Shown: piece by piece, positions 23,951-36,760 of the stretch
Numbering within the stretch: the stretch's first letter is position 1
Layout of the letters: every line of letters starts with the position of its first letter
Source of the DNA: Lama guanicoe
Lineage: Eukaryota
Assembly: GCA_013239625.1 (NCBI GenBank)
Contig: MU053881.1
Location: 3,598,001 to 3,662,000 of the forward strand
Reading direction: 5' to 3'
DNA: 64,000 nt
Notes under the pieces: model-generated
Database searches by the model: none
What the model was told of the DNA's origin: nothing
The model's input: the letters and a program-made list of their open reading frames with translations, nothing else
Position numbers and translations under genes: made by a program

Positions 23951-25689
23951 GGTCGTTGATAAGCCCGCGGCTGACAGTCTGGGACTAGGGATCAAGTCAT
24001 TAGCAAGGCACAAGCTGGAAGGCTGCCCGCTGGAGACATCCCTTTGGAGAAAGGCTGGAGAAGACAACAGACCAGCAGAGAAGCCACAGAGCCCAGGCAT
24101 GGAGAGAAAGGCAGGGGTGACCCGATGCCTTTCCACCTCCCAAGACACCCAATTCAGTGCCCTGCTTTTGTTTTTCAGGACACTCCCTTGTAACCTACTT
24201 AGAAAAGTCATCTTTTCTTAGATAATCTCAATAGGTTACTGTTGTTTGCAAAATAAGTAAGTCCTGGCTAAAGCAGAGGAGGCAATGATTTATCAGGGCT
24301 ATTGCTAAACCAATAATATCGTAACATAATATAATATCAAAGTATGATCGTGAAGCAAATTGGGATAAAATATCTTATGGGAATGTTGTATAGTTTGAGA
24401 TTATCCATGAAAGGCATTGTTCTGGCACATATTAGGAGCACCCTCCCAAAAAATGCTACTATGATCAGTATTTTTCCCCCACAGCCCCCCTGCATACACA
24501 CACTCCTGGGTGTGTGGCTTTACTGAGGATTTGACAAGACAGTGGGAGAAAAGGCTTTACACTGCCTGGCACACAACTGCCACCTTCACATCCCAATACA
24601 CATTCTCTGCTACAACAACCCTTCCCAGCCACAGCCCACAGTGTTTCTCTCTTTGCCTTCTCCCGAGAAGACCCCGGACTCATGACCTCTTCACCCCACC
24701 CCCCCGGGATGCTCCAGCTCCACCCCGAACTTGCATAGCCAGTCCCATCCGGGTTCTCAGCAGAGCAAAGGGCTTCCACTTTAATGATCAGTTGATGGTA
24801 CAACTTGGTCCCTGTTACACTGCCCATGGTTGAGGTGGAGCAGGTGCCGTGCTGGCTCCCGTGTTCGCCCGCAGAGCGAAGTGAGATGCAGCTCAGCCAA
24901 GAGACTGAGGACGGAGCACCAGCTCCCATCAAGGACCAGGGTCTCCTTCAGTCTCTTTGTGACAGATGCTGTGTGAAGCTGACGGGGCCGCCCTCCCTCC
25001 TTCCCCCCACCCCGACATTGCCCTCTCTTTCACCTCCCTTGCCTGTCCTGCGGCCTCTTGAAGATGTCACACATCAGGCAGATGCCAAGCTGTCAGTGGA
25101 GGAGGTGGGGCCTTAATGGGGCGTTAGGCTGAATCAACAAAAACTGACAAAAGGGAAGGAAGCCCGAGGCCCGTTCGAGAGGGAAGATGCTCCGTCTCCA
25201 GGGACGGGTGGAGTCTGGCAGGAGACAGGGGTGGAGGAGCCGAGAGAAATCCTCCTAATGCTCCCGATGTGTCTGGACACGTCTTGTGTCTCATTCTCCG
25301 CCAAGCTCCGAGACAAATTAAATGTGCCTGATGGACAGGAAGTGGGCATGGCTGGGAGCTTTGGAACGAGGAGGCGCTGCCAACCCCCATCACAATTAAG
25401 CAAAAACGGGCCCTCAACGACTTCTGGTCAAACACATTGGTTAACTTAATTGCATGCCCGGAGTCGACTGTTCAACAACACAGTCATCCAAACAATTCTT
25501 TCATTGGCCCCGGGAACCATGATGCACATAAGCTTTTAATTTGCTCAATAGCATTGCAGCCTTTCCCACAGAGACAAATCACTAATATCCACGGATGACC
25601 CCAAATTTCATCATCACCCAAGTTTTAAGCTTGAAATTCTAAAAACACCGCCAAGCTGAGGACATGGGAGGGCTCTCTGTTGGAACAAG

Positions 25690-26690
25690 AAATGTATAAT
25701 AAAAAAGAAAAACAAGTGGCTGGCAAAGGTAAGAACACATGCTCATGGATGGTGACCGTTATGTAAATGGAAACTGAAAAGACAGCAAAAGGTCATTTTC
25801 ATTCAGCCAACTAGCAAATGCTGAAACATTTTTGGTAGTTCCCATTGTTGGAGAGGGTGTAGGCAGACAGACACCCTCTTACCATTCTTGTGATTGACAA
25901 TGAGTACAACCGCTCTGCAAATACCTTGGCACTGCCTCCCCACATTGTAAACGTGTGTTCTCTTTGACCCAGCCTTTCTGCTGCCAGGAATTTTCCAACC
26001 ACTGCAGTTAACATATGTTTGAATTCCGTGCAGTGGTCAGAATACATGAGCTGGATATACACAGAGCAATGTGGGATGATTCCAAAAATACAGTGTGCAT
26101 AAAACTAGGAAAAAGAATGGATTTAAAGCACAACATATTTAGAAATATATCCCAGACAACATTAAATATTTGGAGATACACATACAATGGAAATGAACAA
26201 TGAAAGATGAGTAGAGAGGATACACATTGTATATACAAGAGAGTGGATGCCTGTGCTGAGAATAATGGTAATGAGGGAGGTGGTAAGAGGAAAACAGTAA
26301 CAAGATTAAAAAAAACAAAACTAAAGAGATTTTAGGTGGACAGTATTTATGTTGTGCTGTGAATTAAGGAACGTGATGGACTCAGGTACAACTGAGGTCT
26401 GAAAAAAGAAAAATTAAGACAAGGACAACAAAAATTCCCAACTGCTCTTATCTAAGCATGCAAAATATTCAGGGTCAATAATGTTAATTGAGACATTTGA
26501 TGTATCAACAATGAGCTGAAAATATTCTAAATGTCCATCAGTAAAGATCAGACAAATTAGCTTACATCCACTAATAGCACACCATCCAGCCTTGAAGAAA
26601 AATAATGAGGTGATTTAATATTAACAATATGGAATGTTCTCTAAGACATATAGCTAAGTTGTCAAAATGACATCTAGTATGAAAGGAGAC
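25690..26690 (+). mobile_element. Ancient L1ME-type fragments
   Basis: CCCATTGTTGGAGAGGGTGTAGG..TCTTTGACCCAGCCTTTCTGCTGCCAGGAATTT; CTAAATGTCCATCAGTA..ATGGAATGTTCTCTAAGACATA. Confidence 0.5.
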
Positions 26691-26979
26691 AAACATAGAT
26701 GGCCTGGGACATTAAATATTCCTCCTGTCAGCAGCTTAGTAAGGAAACTCACCCAGTGGGTCTGAGTTTACTCAGTGAAAAAGCAGGCTGATCCCAGCCA
26801 CTGGGCCGAGGAGGGTCTCCATTCCCAAAAAAGGCTACTTCTTCAGCAAAGAAAGTCCTTGCTGGTCACGTGGTCACCTAGACGTTCCCTGCGCCTCCTT
26901 CTCTATAAATACAGTAGACTCTTTTAGGAACAGGCTTCCTTTTCTGGGTCCCTCTCTAAGGTACTCCTAGTCCAGCTAT

Positions 26980-27640
26980 GCCTGACCAATCTGTGTATAA
27001 TTGGAATCCCAAAAGGAGAAGAGAGAAAAAATAGGGTACAATAAATATTTGAAAAGATAATGATTGAGAATTTTCCAAAAATGATAAAAGACATCTGCTG
27101 TGAATCCAAAAAATCTCAAAGAACTGTAAGCAAAATACTCATGCCACCCAAATCCTCCCGGGACACCTGGACACAGCATTTGCAAACCGGCGAAGACCGA
27201 AGAAACCCTTACGTAAGGGAGAGGCGAAGGGCTGTGGGAAACAGATTCTGCTCTTAAAGGGCTTACGTGAAACCTCAGAGGTTCTAAGACTCAGCACAGA
27301 GGTGGCCACTTGCAAGGAGCCTGGGTCAGACCCACTTGCTGATCTTGGAGACACTCCTAGAGAAGAAAGGGGGCAGCAGGGACTCCCCTGGGGACATGGA
27401 TGCTGGTGGCAGCCACTTTGGAGAGCTCTTTGTACCACGAGGACCCTGGTGCTGCCAAGTTCCACTTTTAGCGCCCCCACAGGTGGGGGGTTGTTGCTAA
27501 CGCATTCACCAGTTGGTCAGCGCCAGTCCTGGGAAGCCCCCAGGCCTAGAAGCCAGCCACGTGGGGACCCAGCCCCACCCACCATTGGGCTGGAACACGC
27601 CCAGGACTCCCTGTGCAGGACAGCCAGCTGCCCCCTGACC
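26980..27640 (+). mobile_element. L1 ORF1 fragment followed by L1M 5'UTR-like fragment
   Basis: ACCAATCTGTGTATAATTGGAATCCCAAAAGGAGAAGAGAGA..GAGAATTTTCCAAAAATGATAAAAGAC (ORF1p NL-IIGIP-GEER / ENFPKMIKD); GGGTCAGACCCACTTGCTGATCTTGGAGA resembles an old L1 5'UTR. Confidence 0.6.
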
Positions 27641-28010
27641 AGGCTTTTCACGTGCACACACATATGTACTGTTTCATATAAAAACAACACCGTACCTTGG
27701 GGGTCCAGCTAGCCCCGGTGGGGATCGCGTACCTCCCCTGTGCCCCTGCGCCCCTGCGCCCCTGCAGAAGCTTTCATTTGATGCTCCCACGCCCCCTCCC
27801 TCAATGCCTTTACTCTTTACAGAAGCCTAGAGAGACCTGGGTCAACTTCCACGGGCCTCAAGCAGCCTTCCCAGCTCTCAGTTCCAAGGACAGTTATTTC
27901 GGCGAAACATACATTTGGCCCCAGATGTATGTAAAATCCCGCCTTTGGCCAACACGTACCCCCTCGCATCCCCTTGCAGGGCCTAGAACAGATCTGGAAC
28001 GGTGCAGACA

Positions 28011-28526
28011 TGATGGGGAAGGACAAGTCTGACTCATGCTAGCTCGGCTCCTTCAGCTCTGACCCTGTGCCGTTTCCTGGGCTGAGTCAGGCTGGTTCTG
28101 CCCCTTTTGTAAAAGAAAGTTGCCGAGAGCCTGAAATGGACAGGACAGCCCATTCTCAAGGCTCTGGCCATTAAGAGTCTAACATTTCCCCATTCGCGTA
28201 GGGATAAAGAGTTGCAGAACAGGAGAGTAACATTTGTATTGTTGGAAGTTTACAGGGGCACCGTGACCTGACCCACGCGGGCAGCTACAAGAACAAAGGA
28301 TTCCGACAGCAAGAAGTTTGCAACAACCAACCACACCCCCTCCTCTTTTTAGTGTAAAAGAAGCCTGAATCCCGACTTGGGGAAGAAAGTTCTCTAGGAC
28401 ATTAGTCTGCCATCTTCCTGGTCTGCTGGCTTTCCGAATAAAGTCGTTAGTCCTTGCCCCAATGGCTCATCTCCTGATTTATTGGCCTGCTGCCCAGGGA
28501 GCAGAACGAGTATGGACTCAATAACA
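28011..28526 (+). mobile_element. Solo ERV1-type LTR (possibly MER41-like family)
   Basis: TG..ACA ends, GTGTAAAAG TATA-like box, AATAAA at about 28437; collinear with 63491-64000. Confidence 0.8.
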
Positions 28527-29310
28527 TAGCAGATAGGAAAAACTCTGCTAGTGCCTGTTCACTGAGTGTTGTCACGTGTCGCTGTGCTGAGCACTCTTAC
28601 GTGAGAGTCACACAGCTGGCAAATGCCCGAGAGCTGGGCGCTGCTGGTCTCCCTCGGGTGGAGGGGAGGTGCTCTCCGAGAGCAGGACTGTCTCCCCAGC
28701 AGAAAAGCCCGGCATCTGTCTGATTCCCAGTCTCTGCCGGTGCCTCCTGTCTCACCCTCCTGGCCATCTCCTTCCAGCCCGGTCCTGATTCCCGCCTCCT
28801 AGTCCCAGCCTCTCACTCACTCCTTAGACTCACACCCGGATTCTGCTCCCTGGACTCCGGCTTTCCTCCCAGGCCCAGACCTCACCTTCACGGTGAGCGC
28901 CTTTGGAAGCTCAGGAAAAACACTGCATCTTGATTGTCCGAGTTGTGACTAACCAGTTCAACTTAGGTCCTGCCGACGGGAGAAAGGGGGAAACCCCTGG
29001 AGACTAGCAACTGAGTAGGGGGCGCAGGGGCAGGTAGGGAACCAGCCCCAAGTCAGGAAGGCTCGCCCTCCCATGGATGTGGACCCTCGGGGAGCTCACT
29101 AAGGAAGGGGAGACGGCGCGAGGCAGAGAGCGCTCGCCGGTGAGCGCAGGGTTGGAGGACTCTCAGCTCTCCCAGCAGAGAACACGTCTCCTGCGGGATG
29201 GTGGGTTCGGCCTCATTAACCAAGTTTCTTACAAGCGAATCAGCTTTCATTGAGCCGTGATGCGATGATGCTATAAGTGTTTAAGAGGGAAGAGCTGCAG
29301 GTGAATTTCC

Positions 29311-29376
29311 ATTTTCTTTCTTTCTCCCTTTCTCCCTTTCTCTCTGCCTTTCTCCCTTTCTCTCTCCCTTTCTTTT

Positions 29377-29444
<68 letters not shown>

Positions 29445-29530
29445 TCATTTTCTTTCTTTCCTTCTTTCTTTCTTTCCTTCTTTCTTTCCTTCTTTCTCCC
29501 TTCCTTCCTTCCTTCCTTCCTTCTTTTTTA
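29311..29530 (+). repeat. (TTTC)n/(TTCC)n microsatellite, expanded tail of the adjacent SINE
   Basis: Direct reading of the sequence. Confidence 0.95.
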
Positions 29531-29620
29531 ATGTTTGCAGTGGAGGCGCTGGGGATTGAACCCAGGACCTCATGCATGCTAAGCACATGCTGTACCACTG
29601 AACTGTACCTGTCCATCCCA
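29531..29620 (-). mobile_element. tRNA-Ala-derived SINE head (Vic-1-like)
   Basis: TGGAGGCGCTGGGGATTGAACCCAGGACCTCATGCATGCTAAGCACATGCTGTACCACTGAACTGTACC. Confidence 0.9.
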
Positions 29621-29849
29621 CACAGCCCCCACCTCCTCCTCCCACTGTCTCCCCTTCATTTTATCACAGAGCTTTTTTCAGACAAACTTATCGAGGTGCT
29701 CTGCTTGGCTTATGTGATGATTCCCAGGACCTATACAGCAAATCTAGGGTCCATTCATGTCATGTTTTGTTAAGTGTATTATTCAAATGGCTACCAGATT
29801 CACACACATTTTTTAAATCCTCCTAGCACTTGGATATGTCATAGAACAT

Positions 29850-30530
29850 GCAACACAGCTGAAAACCAAACATATGAAAACTATTTAACAGCACTGATGT
29901 TCAGTGAAGTGGAGCTAAAAACATCGAGTTAATGTTGTGCTCTATTCAATTAGCCCTGAAATATTTTTTACTGAATGATGACAGTGCTACTGATGTCGTG
30001 GTGAAACTATCCCATTCATGTCTAGTGGCTACCATGGTAAAGTAATATAAGACTTTTGGAAGACAATTTTAACAGTACACATCCAGAGCATAAAATGTTT
30101 CTATCCTTTTGCTTAGTAGGAAAATAAGTTGGGAGGGTCTTAACCAAAGGAAAAAAAAATCCTCCAAATAAAATGCTAAATATTTGAGGATGCTCATTAC
30201 AGCGTCATCTCAAATGGATAAACCTGAAAACAATAAAAATACCCAATCGTAGTGACTTGGTTAAATAAAGTAAGACACAACAATGTTACACAGTTAATTT
30301 TTAAAATGTTAATTGTGAGGACATTTAGCAACAAAGAAGTATATTCACGGCAAACGTTAATGAAAACAGGATACAGCATGGAACGGTCACTACCATCACT
30401 TCTATGCATGTGCATTTGGCCAGAAAAGATGCCAGCAATGAAAACAGGAGTGCCAGCATTGTTCAAGACCTTTTTTCAAAATCAAAATTGCCTTTACTGT
30501 GTTTAAACTGTATTTACGGTGGAAATAAAA
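29850..30530 (+). mobile_element. Ancient L1ME-type 3' fragment
   Basis: GTAAAGTAATATAAGACTTTTGGAAGACAATTT..CTGAAAACAATAAAAATACCCAATCGTAGTGACTTGGTTAAATAAA. Confidence 0.5.
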
Positions 30531-31875
30531 GAAACGGTTGACCTTGTAGGTATTAATGCTGAGACGGTTTCAGGGTCTTCTGTAGCTGCATGCTCAGCCT
30601 TCTGCTTTGGCTGTGAGTAGTTAAGACTTTCAGCCTGTGTTTCTCCTTTATCCACCTAAGTGTCCTAGGATAAAAGCCCCAGCCTTTCAACACAGCGCCG
30701 TGGGAGGCAGGGCTCTTACCAGCTAATTTAGCAAAACTCAGTAGCATCATGACTCATTATTGCCCTAAATCCAAGTGGTTTTTCTAAGCGAGAGAGTTGT
30801 AAACCTAATCCCTGCTTTTGGATCCTGGCCAGGCTGGGGGGCAGGAAAGATGGGCTTTGAGAAATAAAATGTAATGAGTTAGGTAAGGGTTATGTACTTA
30901 TTGGGCACTTGTAGCTGTGCTAATGCAGGGAGGAAACACCCAGATTTTGGAGTCCGTGAACCTGGGTTTGACTCCAGATCAGTCTCTTATCTGCTGTGTG
31001 GCCTTTGGTAAGTTACTCAACCACTCTGGGCCTCACCCTTCTATGCATTCCTTGTGTTTCTATGACATGTCAGGCACTACGGTGGACACTAGGGATCCTA
31101 TGGGGGAACAATGAAGAAGGTCCCTGCACCCCAGGGACATGCAGTCACTATGATTTACAAACACTGAACAAGGGAACAAGTACAAACCAAACAATGACTG
31201 GTGGCGATGAGCTCCACATGAGAAAGAAGCAGGGCTGGACAGAGGCCAGCGCAGCGTCTCTGCTTCAGATAGGATGGGTGTTCTGAAAAATTCTCTTGCA
31301 AGAGGTGTCTTTTAAGTTAAGACCTAAAGAGTGACAAGGATTCATTCTTAGAATAGCCTCGGGAAGAGATTTCCAGGCATTAGAAGAGAAACTGAGGATT
31401 ATAAAACTACCCATCTCTCAGGCCTCTGGAGGGGATTAAATGGGATAATGCTCCTAAAGACCAATGAGCAAAGGTCCCTCACTCAGGGCCCCTCGGCAAC
31501 CAGCAGCCGTGACTGTCACCAGGACGGCGACCCTGCATGTGATGTCAAGGAAGGGGCACGGTGGACTCCTGATTTTCAAAGCTTACATTTCGCAAATTAA
31601 GGACACACAGAGAGAGAGAGAGGGAAAGAGAGAGAGAAAGAGGGTTCCTCTGTGCTGACTGTAGTTTGCTTACACGAGATCGTGCACATTTCTTATAAGA
31701 AACCATACTTTCAGGTGACAAACGGGTCAAATTCACAAAAGACTGAAAGCATGGGAAGGAGGTTGGGAGAGAGGGAGGTTCTCTTTTTTTCTATTTATAG
31801 AAGGTGGTGTAACTGGGATACTGACAAAGTTCTGATCTAAAGGAAGAAATAAAGCCATGAACTATGAGGAAAGTA

Positions 31876-31923
31876 CTAATATAACATAATGTAACATAAC
31901 ATAATTTAACATAACGTAATAAC
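31876..31923 (+). repeat. (TAACA)n-type short repeat
   Basis: TAATATAACATAATGTAACATAACATAATTTAACATAACGTAATAAC. Confidence 0.7.
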
Positions 31924-33035
31924 TGGGAAACACCTCTGTGGTTTCTTTCTTTCTATTTTTCTACACTAAATTTTTTTTTTGTACTTATTTTCATTGCTTT
32001 TTAACCACCTCTCCCCTCCTTCCAATTTGTGGTAGCCTATCTCCTCTTAAATGCGAAATACTTACAACTGTCGTTGTGGTTGTGTGATCTGGGGACACCT
32101 ACACAAGTCCTTCAGTTCAGAACATGGCCGTTAGATTCAAGCCTAACGACCCAGTGGACATCTGACGGCCGTGAACTCGCCCTCCCGAGTTGTCCTGCCC
32201 TCGCTTTATGCCAAAGGGTTATTCCTAGGACCAGACAAAAATGACCTCCGCCGTTTTTATTCTCGAACCAGAAATCCTCACTGAACACACACATTTCCAC
32301 TCTGTTCCATTCCCTTTCCTCTTCCGTCAGATGAAAGACCGAAGTCCTGGGTCTCGGGAGAAGCTACAGGGGAGTAAAAGACGCAGTGAACATGAGCATG
32401 GGGGGAAATGTGTTTAGGTGTTAGTGTTTGATGAGGGAGGTACTGCTACCTAGAATTTTTGCTTCCTAGTCTCATCTGCCTCTTCCTATGCTAGCGAAGG
32501 AGCAACCTCCTGTTTGCTTTCTCAGTAACAACCATCAATCGTATCTATTAGAATTTTTCTCCAGAATCCTAAAGTAGCTTTAGTGTGGTGGGGAGAAAAA
32601 AAAAAGGAAAGAGTATGCTGCTTGAAGCGACAAGAGCTGAGTTTGAGTCTTGAGTCTGTTTTTACCAGCAGAATGTCCTGGGTGTGTTATTCACGCTCTG
32701 CGAGCCTCAGTATCCCTACCCATAAGAAGAGGTCAGATATGCCGTGCGTGGCACAGAGTGCTCCATAAATAGCGATTATGAGGCTAGTAATCGTCTGTGT
32801 CAACTGTGTTGACGATGACGTGGATGATAATGATTCCGCTGTGTGAACTTGAGCTGGACGTAACCTCCCCAAGCCTCATTTTTATCCCTTGAAAATTTGG
32901 CCAAAGGTTCGACTAAATGCCTGCTAAGACCACATAGGAGCTTTAAGTGACACTGACGAATAGGGAAGCGGAACCGTTCCTCATACGGATGCTCATGTTA
33001 GTTTCCCCAGCTCCTGGCACGTAGATGGCTCTAAT

Positions 33036-33068
33036 GACTGGACTGGACTGGACTGGACTGAACTGAAT
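33036..33068 (+). repeat. (GACTG)n pentanucleotide repeat
   Basis: GACTGGACTGGACTGGACTGGACTGAACTGAA. Confidence 0.85.
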
Positions 33069-33894
33069 CCCTGCTCAGCAACTATGCGTGGTCTTTTGCT
33101 CCTCGGACGCCAAAGCCAACACCGCTAAGGTTGTCTGTGAATCAGAAAGCAAAGACCAGAAGGGGCATTTAGGCTTTCGAAGGCTGTTTCCCACACACTA
33201 CCTCTCATTTCCGCATCTTTTCCCCTTTGTAACAAAAACCTCAGGGTGCGACCTCCATGTCCCTCTTGCTTGTCTCCCTTTAATATCTGCCCCATGGCTA
33301 CAGCGTCGGGCCACAGGGGTGAGGCTAGGCACTTGAAGAGGGACTGTCCAGATATCTGCTGTCCCCTGTGAAGACTTTGAAAAAGACTGGATCTGCTTTG
33401 TATTCCCTGGAAAGAATCCCACTTGCCTCAAAACATCACGGAAAACTTTGCAGTGAAGACAGAAGAAATTCTGTACCCCACAGAAGACTTCATAAAATCT
33501 CCATTTGCACGCCTCCCCCCCCCCGACACTGCAGGGGTTTTGCCCCGGCCCCCCTGCCCCCAGCCCTGCAGACTCAGGGCTTCTCTGCTCACTACAGTCT
33601 CCCTGTTGTGAGGCAGCCCCTCAGCCTGCCAACCCACACCATCAGCAAAAGAAAGGCCGCGTAGCTACCCCACCTCCCTCCTTAGAAAGGATGATGGGGG
33701 AGGTGGCAGTTACAAATCATTTTTTCCTTGTCATGCACAGTCTAAGAAGGCACTGCTTAATTGTCAGGTCGCATGCTTGTCAGATGGTTCTTTAAGAATC
33801 TTTGCCAATCCTTGTTCCTTGAGAGTCATCAGATTGGCCAAGTTGTGACAAATTGCTTTTAGTTCTGAGAGAGGAAAAAGTGTCCTCTTTGTGT

Positions 33895-34060
33895 ATGGCG
33901 CGTAGATTCAAATACATGTGTAATACACATACATATTATATGTATGTACACAAATATATATGATGTATAATATTCTGTACGTGTATTGGGGTAGACACAT
34001 TTGTATATAAATATACACCTGGGTATGCATATATGTGTGTGTGTTTGTATAAATATATCA
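33895..34060 (+). repeat. Degenerate (TA/TG/CA)n low-complexity tract
   Basis: ACACATACATATTATATGTATGTACAC..GTGTGTGTGTTTGTATAAATATATC. Confidence 0.7.
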
Positions 34061-34810
34061 AGATAAATCGAGGGAACTGATGGTGATGGGGAGTTTTTGC
34101 TGAAATGGAAAAATGCTCCTGGCTGGATGACACCAAGCTGTCATGACCTCACCTCATGCAAGAAGGAATAAGTAGGATCTGCTCAGAATTAAAAGCAAGC
34201 TTTAAAAGAGCGAGCCGCAGCCCCTAACGTGCTGTCACCCCTTCCTTGGTGAAGGGTAATTGTTCCTGATCTCGTGCAGTTCCTGCTTCTCTGAACTCAG
34301 CCGGGATAATCTTGGGGGCAAAGTGGGATTTCTGAATCACCAGCAACTGGAGGGCTCAGGAGCCCGAATGTTCCCGTCTTGGGTGACGTGTGACATTATG
34401 CTTCTCATCCTGGCTGGAGAAAGCAAATGAGTCAGTTGTCAGGCAGGAGGTGCCCTGAAGCGTGTTCAAGGGAACTGGCCAAGGGGCTCTGACGAGACAA
34501 AGAGCTGGAAGAGAAGCCACAGGTGACATGTCCCCAGGACTTACACGCTCCGCTCGGGAAGGCAGCTCCAGCCAGCGGGTCACAGGCATCCAGGGCGTCT
34601 GCCTCGGCTGGATCCCCAGTGCTTAAGGCCACCATGGGAGTAAGCGGTGATGTATTCAGCCACCGGCTATTCAACTTCTATTAAGAGTCCACTATGTGCT
34701 CCCTGAATAATTAGGCACCTACTGCTTAACAGCTATTCTGGGCTCAGAAGAAACCAAGTCAATAGGCAGACAAAAATATCAGACTCTGAGAGACATACTC
34801 TTTAGCTGAG

Positions 34811-34920
34811 GGAAGGCAATTAGGTTTATTAAGTTTTTTTTTTAATGAAGATACTGGGGATTGAACCCAGGACCTCATGCACCCTAAGCATACATTACCA
34901 CTGAGCTATACCCTCCCCTC
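34811..34920 (-). mobile_element. tRNA-Ala-derived SINE (Vic-1-like) with 17-bp flanking direct repeats
   Basis: GGGGATTGAACCCAGGACCTC..ACTGAGCTATACCCTCCCC; flanks CATACTCTTTAGCTGAG (34794-34810) and CATACTCTCTAGTTGAG (34921-34937). Confidence 0.9.
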
Positions 34921-34964
34921 CATACTCTCTAGTTGAGCATTTAGCAATAAATTAATAAAAAAAA

Positions 34965-35081
34965 ATTGGGGGATTTTCCTGGGGCAACCCCAGTTTATAT
35001 GTTATTCCAAAAAAATTATTAATAGCACCATCTCAGTTTCAAAAGTATTGATTTAGAAGATAAAGTATATGATTGCCCTAC
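34965..35081 (-). mobile_element. MER94-like hAT-Blackjack element
   Basis: Minus strand reads TAGGGCAATCATATACTTTATCTTCTAAATC..CTTTTGAAACTGAGATGGTGCTATTAATAAT, resembling recalled MER94. Confidence 0.6.
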
Positions 35082-35089
35082 TGATAAGT

Positions 35090-36330
35090 CAGGGAAGATA
35101 AAGACTAAATTTATCCAAATGGGGAGTGTGACAGCTGCGGTTTAAGTGGAATGCTGGGGAGTAGGGGGGTGGGTGGAATCTGACTGACATAGGTTAAAAA
35201 AGAATGGGTGAAGAAGCAGTGGAGATTGTGAGTACAGAGAATTTCTATGAAGAGTTTTACTTGGAAGGGGAGCAGAAACATGGAACAAATGTGGCTGGAG
35301 GTGGAGAACATTTATTTTTAGTATGGGAGAAATAACAGCCTTTTTGTGTGTTGGTGAAATTGATCCAGGGAGATGGAAAATTCTGATAATGCAATGGGGT
35401 GTGAAGAGTGGAGGCAACTGCTGGAAAGCCGCCCTTGAATGGGAGAGAGAGGAGTGGAGGCTAGTGTGGAGGTGGAGAGAATGCCAGGTATAAGAGAGGA
35501 CAGTTCATCTACTGTACCAGGAAGAAAGAGAGCAGGTGATGGATAAACAGATGGGTGGATGGATGGATGGACGAATGGACAGATAGATGGACAGACAGAT
35601 GGACCGATGGACGGACAGATAACATAGGCACAGATTCACATAGTTAAGTAGATGTGGCGGTGGAGGAAATTTTCTTCATATTGTTTCAATTGTCTCAACA
35701 AGATAAGAATCAGGGCCTTCTTTGGTGGGGAAGCACTATTAGACACTTAGGGAGAGAGAAGATATGAAATGACATCTGAGAGAGCAGAAGAGTGAACAGA
35801 CCTGGGAAAGACACAGACCATCTGGCATCTCACATAGCTGCCTGAGGCTGTGGTCACCCCTGTGATAGGGGAGGGTAAACATGTTTAGGGGTTTTGTCTC
35901 CAACCACACCTGCTGTTTGGGTGCAGACTTAAAGTTGTGGAGACTAGATGCAACCAGCTTTGCATTCTTGTCAGACACCTATGTTGAAATTACAAGGGAT
36001 TAAAGGTATGTGTGAGAAGGCATGATTAGAATGTCGGACCATCAAATATACACTGGGTAGGGGGAGAAGTGCAGGACATGAGGAAGGTCACTGGACTGAA
36101 GGTTCTGGTGGGGTCCAAATGTTGGACTTGAGGTACTAAATCTAGAGAGACAGGAAATGGTAATCACCAAGTGGGATGGCAGGAAGTTAACTTATGGGGA
36201 GGGCACAGTTATCGGTAATGACAACAGGGACCATGGGAGTAAGAAAGCGAGGTAGCCCAGGGGACAAGGGCATGGATAATGAGCAGGTAATAATCTTATG
36301 GGCCCAGTATACTGGAAGGGTTGTCTGATT
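35090..36330 (-). mobile_element. L2 LINE internal (RT-region) fragment, with a (GGAT/GGAC/AGAT)n tract at about 35540-35620
   Basis: Minus-strand frames give GSISPTHKKAVISPILK and FLLPFQVKLFIEIL, degenerate versions of non-LTR RT motifs (K-A-x-x-x-P-I-x-K; I-S-L-L-P-F-x-x-K). Confidence 0.65.
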
Positions 36331-36509
36331 GTTTGTCTAGCAGATTATATACTGTGTGTCAAGCATCGTGACAGCTCTTAAGAATATTTAGAGGAACAAA
36401 CAAAATTTTTGTTTTGGAGAAGATCACAGTCTGATGGGAAAGTGAGGCACATAAAGAAAGATTATGAACGAAGAAAATGTGATGTAAACCAGAGAGAGAG
36501 AGAGATTAT

Positions 36510-36760
36510 ATATATACAGAAGAATTTAATTCGGCCTGAAAACATAAGGAAATCTTGAGATTTACAATAACATAGATGGACTTTAAGGGCGTTGTGCTAA
36601 ATGAAATGTCAGACAGAGAAAGACAAACACAGTATGATCTCACTTACACTGTGGAATCTGAAACACACTGAACTCAGCTACAGGGAGTAGAATGGTGGTT
36701 GCCAGAGACTGAGGGTAGGAGGTGGGCGACATAGGGGAAGGTGGTCAAAGGATTAAGAAA
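36510..36760 (+). mobile_element. L1MA/MB-type 3' fragment
   Basis: AACATAGATGGACTTTAAGGGCGTTGTGCTAAATGAAATGTCAGACAGAGAAAGACAAACACAGTATGATCTCACTTAC. Confidence 0.75.
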
